Source: Candidatus Edwardsbacteria bacterium RifOxyA12_full_54_48 (GTDB taxonomy: Bacteria; Edwardsbacteria; AC1; EtOH8). Taken from it: a stretch of 64,000 nt of DNA. Shown in pieces: positions 8,581-17,840 of this stretch (its first letter is position 1; each line of letters begins with the position of its first letter). The position numbers were made by a program, and so were the translations under genes. The DNA lies in NCBI GenBank assembly GCA_001777915.1, contig MFFN01000007.1:4807-68806 (forward strand), read 5' to 3'. Below the pieces are notes generated by a model, which searched no databases, had not been told where the DNA came from, and saw only the letters and a list, made by a program, of their open reading frames with translations.

Positions 8581-11500
8581 GTGATAATTATGTTTCTAAA
8601 GCAAATTTTCATAGCCCTGTTGTTAAGTGCATCAATTTGTTCAGCTGCAGATTCAGATGGTAATGGTGTGCCGGATGAAGTTGAACAGGCATTGGTTGAA
8701 AGGTTTAAACCTTGCGTAGTGCTTCCGTATAGCGATAGAGGTGTTGCCCCGGAGCCGGTTGATATAATGCATGTAAATAGTTATATAACCGGTTATAATA
8801 GCGTTAGGGAATATTATTATAAGGTGCCAAAATTATGGGTTTCGTTTTATGCATTAGCTGGTGGGGACTATTGTGGCACCCGTCCTTTATTTCGGGTCTA
8901 CCAACAATTATATATTGATTATTTAGCAACTTGGGATATGCCTATAACCTTTGCGACGGGTAAATTCTCGAACGTAACTTCGGAAACATACACTTATAGC
9001 GGCTATATACCCGATAGCGACTATAAAAATCAAAAATATGCCATAAGGCTACATGCCGATTATGGCGGTCCTGATAATGGTGGTGGTTATTATGACCAGC
9101 CGGGTGGTTGGTATGATGCATATTTAAACGGACGTACTGTTACCAGCGGCACAGCAAGTTTTACATGGGATAAAGGGTCCAACTATCCTGCAACAACATA
9201 CGCACATCTATTTGTAGAAAGTGGTGAAACAACGATCCAATATTACTTTTTTTACCCATTTAACGATGGCTGGAATAATCATGAGGGAGATTGGGAACAT
9301 ATTAACGTTGTTTTAACTGGCCAAGACCCCGCAACTGCACAAATAAAAAGAATCTATTATTATTTCCATGATCTTTGTACTATTAGCTGGCCAACAGGGA
9401 CAGAACCAAGCGGATACCAGAATTTTTATAATGTACTGGATGGTACACACCCTGTCGTCTTCGTCGGGGGTTCGCTTTCTGCAGCAGGTGGAGCAGGTGA
9501 GGGTAGCCATGGTTCTTATCCGACATTTGGAATTTGGCCCGACATAAAGTATTACCAAGATGAAGCTGTTACCACACATACCGATTATTCTAAATATATA
9601 CATTATAATAGTATTAATGCACAAATAATTAAAGGGCGTGAAGATTATGATTATAATGTAAACCCGGAGATGAGCTGGTTAGGCGCTAACATACGATGGG
9701 GGCATATATGTGTAGCCTCGCCTGGTGATTGGCAGCAGACGTTTGATGTTGGTCAACGTTCACCGAAAGGACCAGCTTGGCAAGAAACGTGGCGAAATAA
9801 TTATGCAGGCTATACTGCTTATTATGGCCCCCCCTACAGTGTGCCTTATTCATGGACCTGGCCAACCGATAACACAGCTCCAACGGTAGCAATAAATTAT
9901 CCCAGTTCTGGCAGCTATTTTATAAAAAGTCGCCAATATAGAATCCAATGGTACGCAACAGATAATATTGGCGGGACAAACGGTATAAAAAATTGCTTTT
10001 TGTATTATTCTATTGACGGCGGTTATAACTGGACGGCAATTTCCGGCGCTAATCCGATATTGAATTACAATTGGTTCAACTGGACAGTGCCGGATGTTGA
10101 ATCAAAAAATTGCAAAATTAAAGTAAGTGCTTATGATGCTATGGGCTATAGCGCTGAAACTATTAGCCCGACTTTTACCATAGGTTCAATTTTTGCTGTG
10201 CCGACAATTTCGGGTAGCGTCGTTTCTTCATCTTCAAAAGCCGAGTTGCCGGATGTTCGTCTTGCATCAAATGTTAACAAACCCTATGCCGACCAAGCTA
10301 AATATAAACCAAGGTATTGTGAATTTTTATGGGCAGGCCGTGTTTATAATAGTAGCATTATTGATTGCGGCACATATTATAGTGCAAATATATTAAATGA
10401 AGCAGTATCATTGCCAAGAACATATACGGCAAAATGGGTCTACAATATTTGGGAAGGCGGTGTTGTGGTTGGCATGGTAGAGGGGCCAATCTCGAGTTCA
10501 ATTACGGTATACCCACCCAATCCCAACGACCCAGTCGTTGCTGAAACCAACACTTCCGAGGCCACGGCCTATTCCAATGGCAAGAAAATAGTGGTGGATA
10601 ATGCCGGCAAAATACATTCTGTTTTTGCTATCAGTGACAGCGTGTATTATTCATCGTCCATAGATGATTGCGAAACTTGGTCAACCCCGACTGCCGTGGG
10701 TATTGGCAAACGCCCGGCCATAGAAATAACGGCCGCGAACATGCCCACTATTTGCTGGAATAACGGCAATCGCCTCTACAGCACAAAAAAGGCAAGCGGC
10801 GCATTTGAAGAACCGCAACTTATTTACACCGGCCCCGAGGGTTCGGAAATATCCTACCTTTCCTACGTTCTGGATCAAAACACCAATAATTCATATCTGG
10901 GCTGGGTAGACGAAGGCGCTACCGGTTCTTCGGTGTTGATCGCTACCTATAATCCCTCAACTTCTGCAAATCTATCTCCAACCCCAATTGATCAGGGCGG
11001 CGCCGACGCTTTCAAATCGCCGTCACTGGCCTTGGATAAAGCCGGAAACTTGAAGATTGCCTGGAGCCATTCCGGCAAGGTTTATTATAAAGACAACAGC
11101 GAATTTTTCGAGATGGGTGATAACGGCATTCACCCCATAGTTGACACTTATGGCGATAAAACCACGGTAGTGTGGCAAGAAGAAATAGCGCCAAATATTT
11201 ATCAAGTAGTTAAAAAGACCAAAGGATTAACGGGGTGGTCGGATAAAGAAATAATATCATACCCCGATTCCTTGAATGCCGACTTCCCGGTTGTGGCGGC
11301 TGCGGGGCAGTATGTATACAGTAAAAATGTAAATGGCAGCGATTATGATTTGATATGGAATGCAGAATATGATAACGGCTGGTCTATTCATACCCAAAAC
11401 CTTTCCGGCGCACAGGGTGGCATTTCCCGTTATCCGTCTATAGCTTTTAAACAGGGCTGGCCCAAGTCCAAGTTGTATGTGCTTTGGACCGAGGAAATGC

Positions 11501-12294
11501 CAGCAAAAGGCTCTAAGGCAATTGCCGCGCCATTAGTAAAAGCCTACCCAATGTCTGTTGATCCGGTGCCATGTTTCTATGTAGACTTGGGAACCGAAGA
11601 AGCGGGCAATTTTACTATCCAGAAAAAAGGCACGTTTTACTATGGATTGCATCCTGGTTTTACTGTAGATTATCACCCATCAATGCTTAAATATAATTTC
11701 CAAAATCTGGATAAAAACAAACGCTACAGAATTAAAGTTACATATTATCATGAATTTGATAAAGCCATTAAACAAACGCTATCAGTAGACAAAACCTTTA
11801 ATGCAAAATCCAATATTGAGCCCAAAACGGTTGTTACCGAAGAACATTGGATTCCCAATAGTTGTATAAAAGATGGGCAGATAGAGGTAACGATAGCCAA
11901 AATTATTGGTGAATATGCGGTTTGTTCGGTTATAGCTCTCTATGAATATGACCGGGATTGCGACGGTAAAACCTCCGAAGACATCGCCGAAAGCACCAGC
12001 AAGACAGTTAATGTATACAGCTATGAGCTGATGCAGAACTACCCCAACCCCAATACCGGCAAAACGGCCATCAAATATCAATTAGCCCAGCCGGGGAAAG
12101 TCAACCTGAAAATCTACAACACCTTGGGGCAAGTGGTAAAAACCTTGGTTTCGCAGGAACAGCAACCAGGATATTATAATGTAGCCTGGGGTGGTAGAGA
12201 TAATACCGGCAAAACAACAGCCAATGGTGTGTATTTCTACAGATTAGAAGCTGGCGATTTTAAAGCCACCAAGAAGATGGTAGTGATCAGGTAA
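8581..12294 (+). CDS. Very large secreted protein with BNR/Asp-box-like repeats and a T9SS (Por) C-terminal sorting domain
   Basis: 1237 aa with signal peptide. Asp-box-like 'YSIDGGYNWTAI' and 'SSSIDDCETWS'. N-terminal 'NHEGDWEHINVV' segment of uncertain family. C-terminal ~85 aa 'NYPNPNTGKTAIKYQL...KIYNTLGQVVKTL...GVYFYRLEAGDFKATKKMVVIR' matches the T9SS CTD pattern. AT-rich 5' half. Confidence 0.7.
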   Translation: MIIMFLKQIFIALLLSASICSAADSDGNGVPDEVEQALVERFKPCVVLPYSDRGVAPEPVDIMHVNSYITGYNSVREYYYKVPKLWVSFYALAGGDYCGTRPLFRVYQQLYIDYLATWDMPITFATGKFSNVTSETYTYSGYIPDSDYKNQKYAIRLHADYGGPDNGGGYYDQPGGWYDAYLNGRTVTSGTASFTWDKGSNYPATTYAHLFVESGETTIQYYFFYPFNDGWNNHEGDWEHINVVLTGQDPATAQIKRIYYYFHDLCTISWPTGTEPSGYQNFYNVLDGTHPVVFVGGSLSAAGGAGEGSHGSYPTFGIWPDIKYYQDEAVTTHTDYSKYIHYNSINAQIIKGREDYDYNVNPEMSWLGANIRWGHICVASPGDWQQTFDVGQRSPKGPAWQETWRNNYAGYTAYYGPPYSVPYSWTWPTDNTAPTVAINYPSSGSYFIKSRQYRIQWYATDNIGGTNGIKNCFLYYSIDGGYNWTAISGANPILNYNWFNWTVPDVESKNCKIKVSAYDAMGYSAETISPTFTIGSIFAVPTISGSVVSSSSKAELPDVRLASNVNKPYADQAKYKPRYCEFLWAGRVYNSSIIDCGTYYSANILNEAVSLPRTYTAKWVYNIWEGGVVVGMVEGPISSSITVYPPNPNDPVVAETNTSEATAYSNGKKIVVDNAGKIHSVFAISDSVYYSSSIDDCETWSTPTAVGIGKRPAIEITAANMPTICWNNGNRLYSTKKASGAFEEPQLIYTGPEGSEISYLSYVLDQNTNNSYLGWVDEGATGSSVLIATYNPSTSANLSPTPIDQGGADAFKSPSLALDKAGNLKIAWSHSGKVYYKDNSEFFEMGDNGIHPIVDTYGDKTTVVWQEEIAPNIYQVVKKTKGLTGWSDKEIISYPDSLNADFPVVAAAGQYVYSKNVNGSDYDLIWNAEYDNGWSIHTQNLSGAQGGISRYPSIAFKQGWPKSKLYVLWTEEMPAKGSKAIAAPLVKAYPMSVDPVPCFYVDLGTEEAGNFTIQKKGTFYYGLHPGFTVDYHPSMLKYNFQNLDKNKRYRIKVTYYHEFDKAIKQTLSVDKTFNAKSNIEPKTVVTEEHWIPNSCIKDGQIEVTIAKIIGEYAVCSVIALYEYDRDCDGKTSEDIAESTSKTVNVYSYELMQNYPNPNTGKTAIKYQLAQPGKVNLKIYNTLGQVVKTLVSQEQQPGYYNVAWGGRDNTGKTTANGVYFYRLEAGDFKATKKMVVIR

Positions 12295-12343
12295 ATAATT
12301 CCCAACAGCCACATTTTTAATTATGTAATGAGGAAATTCTGAT

Positions 12344-13846
12344 ATGAAGTTATTGAAGATCACCGATTTTGTTCTGATAGCTTTGGTGCTGTGCCTAATC
12401 GGCTGCGCCACCACCTCCCAGGCGGGAAAGCCCAAGGCTGAGGATCTCCTGAAGCAGGGAATCACTGCAGACGATCAGGGCGATTTCGACCAGGCCATCG
12501 ACCTATACCGTCAGGCCATCCAGCGGAAATTCAAGCTCAAAGAAGCCCACTACCGCCTGGGACAGATCTATGTCGAACGGAAGATGTTCGATGAGGCCAT
12601 CGCCGAGTTCAAAACGGCCCGGGATCTGAAATACCCCCAGGCGGTGACCGAGCTGGCCGTTACCTACCATAAGGCCGGGAAGCTGGACGAGGCCGAGGCC
12701 CTGATCAAGGAACTGCTGGTCAAGAAGCCCAATGACGTGGACCTCAAATACCGGCTGGGCAAGGTTTATCTGGACAAGGGGCAGCTGAACGAGGCCGGGG
12801 AGGTCTTCCGCCAGGTGCTGCAGATGGATCCCAACAATGCCAGCGCTCATAACGGTCTGGCCAACCTCTATTTCCGCCAGCGAAACTACAACCAGGCCAT
12901 GGCCGAGTATCTGCTGGCCATCAAACTCAACCCCGATTTCACCGACGTCAATCTGGACCTGGGCAGCGCCTACTTTCAGAGCGGCAAATATGCCGAGGCC
13001 TCCAGATATTTTAAAAAATACACCGAGCTGTCGCCCAAGGACGCCGCCGGCCACTATATGCTGGCCAAGGCTTATCAGATGCAGAAGGACACCGCCCTGA
13101 TCCAGCCGGCCATCATCGAGGCCCAAAAGGTCACCAAGATGGACCCTGAGAACGACGGAGTCTGGTATCTTCTGGGATCTTTGCAGTATGAGGTCAAGAA
13201 TTATATTGAATCGGCCCGGTCCTTCAGTAAATCACTGGAGCTGTCGCCGGGGGATCCCACCCGCTGGTACGAGGCCGCCAGGGTCTATATCCGGGCCGGC
13301 AGCGCTTATTCGGCCAACAAGGATACCGCAAATTCCAAGCTGATGTTCGATGCGGCGATCAACGCCTACCAAAAAAGGATGGAGTTGGACCCCTCCAAGG
13401 TGGAGGACACCTATTACGATATGGGCAATGCTTATTACTATGCCGGATATTATGATGAGGCCATACAGTGGTACCTGAAACGAATCGAAAAGAACCCGGC
13501 AACTGCTTTTGGCGCTTTGATGAACATGGGCTACAGCTATTCATTGAAGGGTCAGGCCAGCAAGGCTTCCAAGGCCGAGGTCCGGGTCATTTACGAAAAG
13601 GCCATCAACGCCTTCCTGCAGGCCAGGGCCCTGAAGATGGGAAATAATACCAAACCCGTCAAAGAGGCCATTCCGGCCATGGAAGCCCTGTCCCAGCATT
13701 ATCTGTATATTTTCAACAAATTTAACGAGAAGGCCTTTAAAAACAAGGCTTCGGCCGAAGCCAATGCCATTCTAAAGATAGATCCGGCCAATAAAATCGC
13801 CAAGGAGGTTCTGGCCGCCCTTAAACCCAAGGTGGAGGTCTGGTAG
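12344..13846 (+). CDS. TPR-repeat lipoprotein
   Basis: 500 aa. Lipobox 'LCLIGCATT'. Multiple TPR-like repeats (e.g. 'AHYRLGQIYVERKMFDEAIAEFKTA', 'AHNGLANLYFRQRNYNQAMAEYLLAIKLNP'). Confidence 0.7.
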   Translation: MKLLKITDFVLIALVLCLIGCATTSQAGKPKAEDLLKQGITADDQGDFDQAIDLYRQAIQRKFKLKEAHYRLGQIYVERKMFDEAIAEFKTARDLKYPQAVTELAVTYHKAGKLDEAEALIKELLVKKPNDVDLKYRLGKVYLDKGQLNEAGEVFRQVLQMDPNNASAHNGLANLYFRQRNYNQAMAEYLLAIKLNPDFTDVNLDLGSAYFQSGKYAEASRYFKKYTELSPKDAAGHYMLAKAYQMQKDTALIQPAIIEAQKVTKMDPENDGVWYLLGSLQYEVKNYIESARSFSKSLELSPGDPTRWYEAARVYIRAGSAYSANKDTANSKLMFDAAINAYQKRMELDPSKVEDTYYDMGNAYYYAGYYDEAIQWYLKRIEKNPATAFGALMNMGYSYSLKGQASKASKAEVRVIYEKAINAFLQARALKMGNNTKPVKEAIPAMEALSQHYLYIFNKFNEKAFKNKASAEANAILKIDPANKIAKEVLAALKPKVEVW

Positions 13847-13968
13847 ATATAGCGGCCTTAATATTTATTACGGCTTTGAATATTAGGAAACGGGTAAATT
13901 CAATTAACCGGCTCTCAATTTTGAGAAGCCCAATAAAAACCAAAAAGCACAGGAGGTAGTTTAAAACA

Positions 13969-14790
13969 ATGTTGAACGGACTGATGAATGCTCCGATGAT
14001 CGTCAAAATTTTGATCATGGGAGTCGTCCCGGCTATCGTAGCCGCTGGGTTGGGCATCGCCCTGGCCCGCACCAAGAAGATCGGATTGGTGACCCTGATA
14101 CTTTACGTCATCGGGCTGGCAGTATCATTTGTGATCTATAAGACCCTTCCGGAGTATATACAGGCCGGAGGCCCGGTGGTGATCATCCTGGTATTCCTGC
14201 TGGTGCTGTTGTTCACCTATATCATCGAGCGCAGCCTGACCATCGGCCGGGCCCGCGGTGCCAAGAACCTGACGGTCTTCATGGAGGAATTCCGGGAACT
14301 GCTGAGGGCCGGCAACGTCACCGGGGCCATCGCCGCCTGCAACGCCCAAAGAGGCTCCACCGCCAACGTTCTGAGGGCCGGACTGGAGAAATATCTGGCC
14401 CTGCAGAATGAGAACCTCACGCCCGACAAGAAAAGCGCCGAGTTGCTCCGGGCCATCGAAGAGGCCAACATGCTGGAGACCCCGCTGTTGGAGCGCAACC
14501 TGATAATGCTGACCACCATCGCCTCCATCGGGACCATGGTGGGCCTGCTGGGCACCACCCTCGGCATGATCCGCGCCTTCCAGGCCATGGCCCATGCCGG
14601 CGCCCCGGATGCCTCCGAGCTGGCCCGCGGCATCTCCGAGGCCCTGATCAACACCGCCGGCGGGTTGTTCAACGGCATCGGCGGCATCGTGGCCAACAAC
14701 TATTTCATGAACAAGGTCTCCCTGTTCCAGTTCGGCACCGACGAGGCCATTTACGAGATGCAGCAACTTTTGACGATAGGAGAAAAATAA
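13969..14790 (+). CDS. exbB: MotA/TolQ/ExbB proton-channel family protein
   Basis: 273 aa. Signature 'LTTIASIGTMVGLLGTTLGMIRAFQAM ... EALINTAGGLFNGIGGIVANNYF'. Confidence 0.8.
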   Translation: MLNGLMNAPMIVKILIMGVVPAIVAAGLGIALARTKKIGLVTLILYVIGLAVSFVIYKTLPEYIQAGGPVVIILVFLLVLLFTYIIERSLTIGRARGAKNLTVFMEEFRELLRAGNVTGAIAACNAQRGSTANVLRAGLEKYLALQNENLTPDKKSAELLRAIEEANMLETPLLERNLIMLTTIASIGTMVGLLGTTLGMIRAFQAMAHAGAPDASELARGISEALINTAGGLFNGIGGIVANNYFMNKVSLFQFGTDEAIYEMQQLLTIGEK

Positions 14791-14791
14791 G

Positions 14792-15565
14792 ATGTCAGCA
14801 AAGATGAAACGTCGGGCCAGGATCGTCCTGGATATGACCCCGATGGTTGACATCGCCTTTCTGCTGGTCATCTTCTTCATGTCCACCTATCATGCCCGTC
14901 CCCCGGTGACGGTGGAGGTCATGCTGCCAGATTCGCGTTCGCCCCTAAAGGTTCCCGAGGCCAATGTCATGGTCATCAACGTGCTGGCTCCGGAGAAGGC
15001 CGCGGCCCTGGCCGACAGCGTCGGGCCGACCAACCTGCTGGCCCTGATCGCCAATATCAAGGAGGCTACGGCCGATCCCAATGTGACCGTGGCGGCTCTG
15101 AGGGGCATGGGCGGGACCTTGCTGCCATCGGCTTCGGAGGATCTGCTCAAGGAGATCGCCTCCGCTCCCGGCAAACCCCTGACCAGGGGCCGGGCGGCCG
15201 AATTGGCCATTCGCGAGGTGCAGAGGAAGGATAATTTCATCAACCAGTGGGCCAGACAGGAGATAGCTTCTTTGACTCCGGAGCAGTATACCGCCCGGGT
15301 TGACAGCATGATGATATGGTATGCCACCGGCAAGGACGCGGCTCAGCCGCTGCTGTTGGGAAATGTCGCCATGACGGTGGTCGAGGAGCGCATGCGCAAC
15401 CCCAAACTGATGATGGTCCTGATGGTGGACAAGAATTGCCTGTCGGGAAAGATGCTTGACCTGACCAGCATCCTGCAGAAAAAAGACGTCAACATGTTAA
15501 GGTTTTCCCTGGTGACCAACCTTAAAGCGGATGCCAAACCGATGTTTGGCGAAGAAGGGAGGTGA
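14792..15565 (+). CDS. exbD: ExbD/TolR biopolymer transport protein (elongated, 257 aa)
   Basis: N-terminal 'RARIVLDMTPMVDIAFLLVIFFM' ExbD/TolR anchor signature, followed by a long periplasmic extension. Confidence 0.7.
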   Translation: MSAKMKRRARIVLDMTPMVDIAFLLVIFFMSTYHARPPVTVEVMLPDSRSPLKVPEANVMVINVLAPEKAAALADSVGPTNLLALIANIKEATADPNVTVAALRGMGGTLLPSASEDLLKEIASAPGKPLTRGRAAELAIREVQRKDNFINQWARQEIASLTPEQYTARVDSMMIWYATGKDAAQPLLLGNVAMTVVEERMRNPKLMMVLMVDKNCLSGKMLDLTSILQKKDVNMLRFSLVTNLKADAKPMFGEEGR

Positions 15566-15569
15566 TGGC

Positions 15570-16268
15570 ATGGGCGCAGTAGATATGGGGCCCCAAGAAA
15601 GCGGCAAGAAAAAAGGCGGATTACGCAAACGCAAAGGCCGGCCCAATATAGTCCTGGACATGACCCCGATGGTGGACATCGGCTTCCTGCTGGTGATATT
15701 CTTCATGACCACCACCCGGTTCAAGGAACCCCAGGCCATCGAGATAACCCTGCCGCCGGAGACTGCGAAAGAGGAAAGCATGGACGTGGCTCAATCCAAT
15801 GTGCTTTCGGTGAATATCATGAAGGACGGCACCATTTTGCAGAATATCGGTTTTGATGTTCCGGCCTTGGTGGCGGTGGAATCGCTGGATTCCCTGATGC
15901 TGAACAGCAAACTGGCCAATATCAAGAAGATGCCGGCCCACATCGACGGCCGCACCCAGGTCTATTACGAATCGGGCCCGGATTTCCTGGACAAGTACGG
16001 CAAATTCATGGCCGATAACAAGGGTAAAAGGATACCCCGGGAGATCCGCGACAGCCTGGATATGGTCCGGGACGAGAAGATCTGCCGCCTGACGGTGCTG
16101 GTGCAGGTGAATCGGGAGAGCAGCTACGACAAGGTGGTGGCGGTGATGGATGCCATCCAGCAGAACCAGATCGCCCGTTTTGCCATCGTGGAGCAGACCG
16201 AGGATCATCTGAAGGCCATCGAGGAAGCCAAGAAAAAGGCCGCCGCAACCGCGAAAGGGGGAAAGTAG
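15570..16268 (+). CDS. exbD: ExbD/TolR biopolymer transport protein (second paralog)
   Basis: 'NIVLDMTPMVDIGFLLVIFFM'. ATG at 15570 with GGGAGG 8 nt upstream is preferred over the overlapping upstream start in the ORF track. Confidence 0.7.
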   Translation: MGAVDMGPQESGKKKGGLRKRKGRPNIVLDMTPMVDIGFLLVIFFMTTTRFKEPQAIEITLPPETAKEESMDVAQSNVLSVNIMKDGTILQNIGFDVPALVAVESLDSLMLNSKLANIKKMPAHIDGRTQVYYESGPDFLDKYGKFMADNKGKRIPREIRDSLDMVRDEKICRLTVLVQVNRESSYDKVVAVMDAIQQNQIARFAIVEQTEDHLKAIEEAKKKAAATAKGGK

Positions 16269-16271
16269 AAC

Positions 16272-17087
16272 ATGAACAGTAACATCAATATCTTCTTTCC
16301 GGTGGCCGGCACTTTGGTAGGGCTGATCCTAGCCTGGTTGGTGTTAACCGTCCAGTCCCGGGAATACTCATCCCTGGGTTTTGGTGTCAAACAATCCAAG
16401 GTATTGATCCCCCTGCACCTCAAAAAGGGCATGCTGATATCGCTGTCCTTTATGCTGTTGCTGGTGCTGGGAGGGCTCTCTTATTTTGCGGTCAATGCAT
16501 ATATAGAGGCCCACCGGCCGATACCGGAGGCCCCGATGGTCAGGATCACCTACAGCCAGCTGGGCGCGCCGCCCTCTTTAAGCAGTTCCACCGTGGAGCA
16601 GGTGCAGGTGGCATCGGCCGCGGTGGCCGCAGCCCCCACCATGGGCGTTCCCAAACCGGTGGCCGACGACAAGGCGGTGGACGAAGCCGCCTATACCCAG
16701 TCCGAACTGGGAGCCATGTCGGCCGGTATGGCCACTAGCGAAGGAGCATCCGGCGCCAGCAATCTGCAGGTGGAGGACGTGATCCCCGATCAGGCGGCAT
16801 ATGTGGCAGTGGACAGGGCCCCCGAGATTGTGAAGGCCGGCAAAGCGGAATATCCGGATATCGTCAAAAAAGCCGGCATCGAAGGAAAGGTATACCTGCA
16901 GCTTCTGATCGATTTCGACGGGCACGTCAAAATGGCCGTGGTGGCCAAAAGCTCCGGAAACGTGTCGTTGGACGAAGCGGCCGTGGAAGCCGGGAAACAA
17001 TGTATCTTCACTCCGGCCGTGGCCCCGGGCGGCAAACCGGTCCGGGTCTGGGTGATGTGGCCGGTTACCTTTAAGATCAACCAGTAA
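16272..17087 (+). CDS. tonB: TonB-family energy transducer (C-terminal TonB domain)
   Basis: N-terminal TM helix, Ala/Pro-rich linker, C-terminal 'YPDIVKKAGIEGKVYLQLLIDFDGHV ... GKPVRVWVMWPVTFKI', typical of the TonB C-terminal domain. Confidence 0.7.
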   Translation: MNSNINIFFPVAGTLVGLILAWLVLTVQSREYSSLGFGVKQSKVLIPLHLKKGMLISLSFMLLLVLGGLSYFAVNAYIEAHRPIPEAPMVRITYSQLGAPPSLSSSTVEQVQVASAAVAAAPTMGVPKPVADDKAVDEAAYTQSELGAMSAGMATSEGASGASNLQVEDVIPDQAAYVAVDRAPEIVKAGKAEYPDIVKKAGIEGKVYLQLLIDFDGHVKMAVVAKSSGNVSLDEAAVEAGKQCIFTPAVAPGGKPVRVWVMWPVTFKINQ

Positions 17088-17104
17088 ATACCAGTTTACC
17101 ATAT

Positions 17105-17134
17105 TGCCCCGAACTGAAATTTTGGTTCGGGGCA
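17105..17134 (+). terminator. Stem-loop terminator candidate after tonB
   Basis: Inverted repeat 'tgccccgaac' ... 'gttcggggca'. Confidence 0.4.
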
Positions 17135-17158
17135 TCTTAATATTAAACGGAGGATATT

Positions 17159-17788
17159 ATGAAAAAAATATTGACCATCATGGTAGGTCTTTCGCTGGCA
17201 GCTTTCATCTCCTGCAAAAAGGAGGAGATGGAAAGCCTGCAGAGCCAAGTTCCGGCTGAATCCCAGGCCCAGCCCGACGTCAAGAGGATCATGGAGAAAT
17301 CGGTGGTGGTTCTGGATACCGATTTCGGCCAGATAGAGATAGAGCTGTTTCCCAAGGACGCCCCCCAGACCGTTCTGAATTTCGTCAGCAAGACTTTGGC
17401 CCGGTCGTTCGACGGGACCACCTTCCACCGGCTGGTCCCCGGTTTTGTGATCCAGGGCGGAGATCCCTTATCAAAGGACGGCGATCCCAATAACGACGGC
17501 TATGGCGGGGAGCAGATGTCGGCCGAGCCGCGCCAGAAGTCCAACCTTCGCGGAACCATCTCCATGGCTTCCTCCTCGCGGGTCCAGCCGATAGACTCCC
17601 AGTCCGACGCCCAGTTTTTCATCAATCTGGACGACCAATGCGCCCGGCTGGACCAGATGGGCTTCATCCCCTTCGGCAAGGTGGTCAAGGGCCTGGAGGT
17701 GGTGGATCTCATCGCCAAACAGCCCCGCGATATGCGGGACCGTCCCACCAAGAATATCACCATCAAGAGCATCAGCATAAAACAATAG
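17159..17788 (+). CDS. Peptidyl-prolyl cis-trans isomerase, cyclophilin type (lipoprotein)
   Basis: 'FHRLVPGFVIQGGDPLSKDG' cyclophilin signature; lipobox 'AAFISCKK'. Confidence 0.85.
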   Translation: MKKILTIMVGLSLAAFISCKKEEMESLQSQVPAESQAQPDVKRIMEKSVVVLDTDFGQIEIELFPKDAPQTVLNFVSKTLARSFDGTTFHRLVPGFVIQGGDPLSKDGDPNNDGYGGEQMSAEPRQKSNLRGTISMASSSRVQPIDSQSDAQFFINLDDQCARLDQMGFIPFGKVVKGLEVVDLIAKQPRDMRDRPTKNITIKSISIKQ

Positions 17789-17797
17789 TTGGATCTA

Positions 17798-17840
17798 AAA
17801 GAACGGGGGCCGAGCCAAAAGCTCGAGCCCCCGTTCTTTA
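17798..17840. terminator. Bidirectional stem-loop terminator between the convergent PPIase and sigma-54 activator genes
   Basis: 'aaagaacgggggccgagc-caaaa-gctcgagcccccgttcttt', a near-perfect 15-16 bp GC-rich stem with A/T flanks. Confidence 0.6.

Noticed and set aside
7440-12300. Insertion sequence or transposon borders for the AT-rich island
   Set aside because: No transposase-like ORF and no terminal inverted repeats were recognised at the compositional boundaries.
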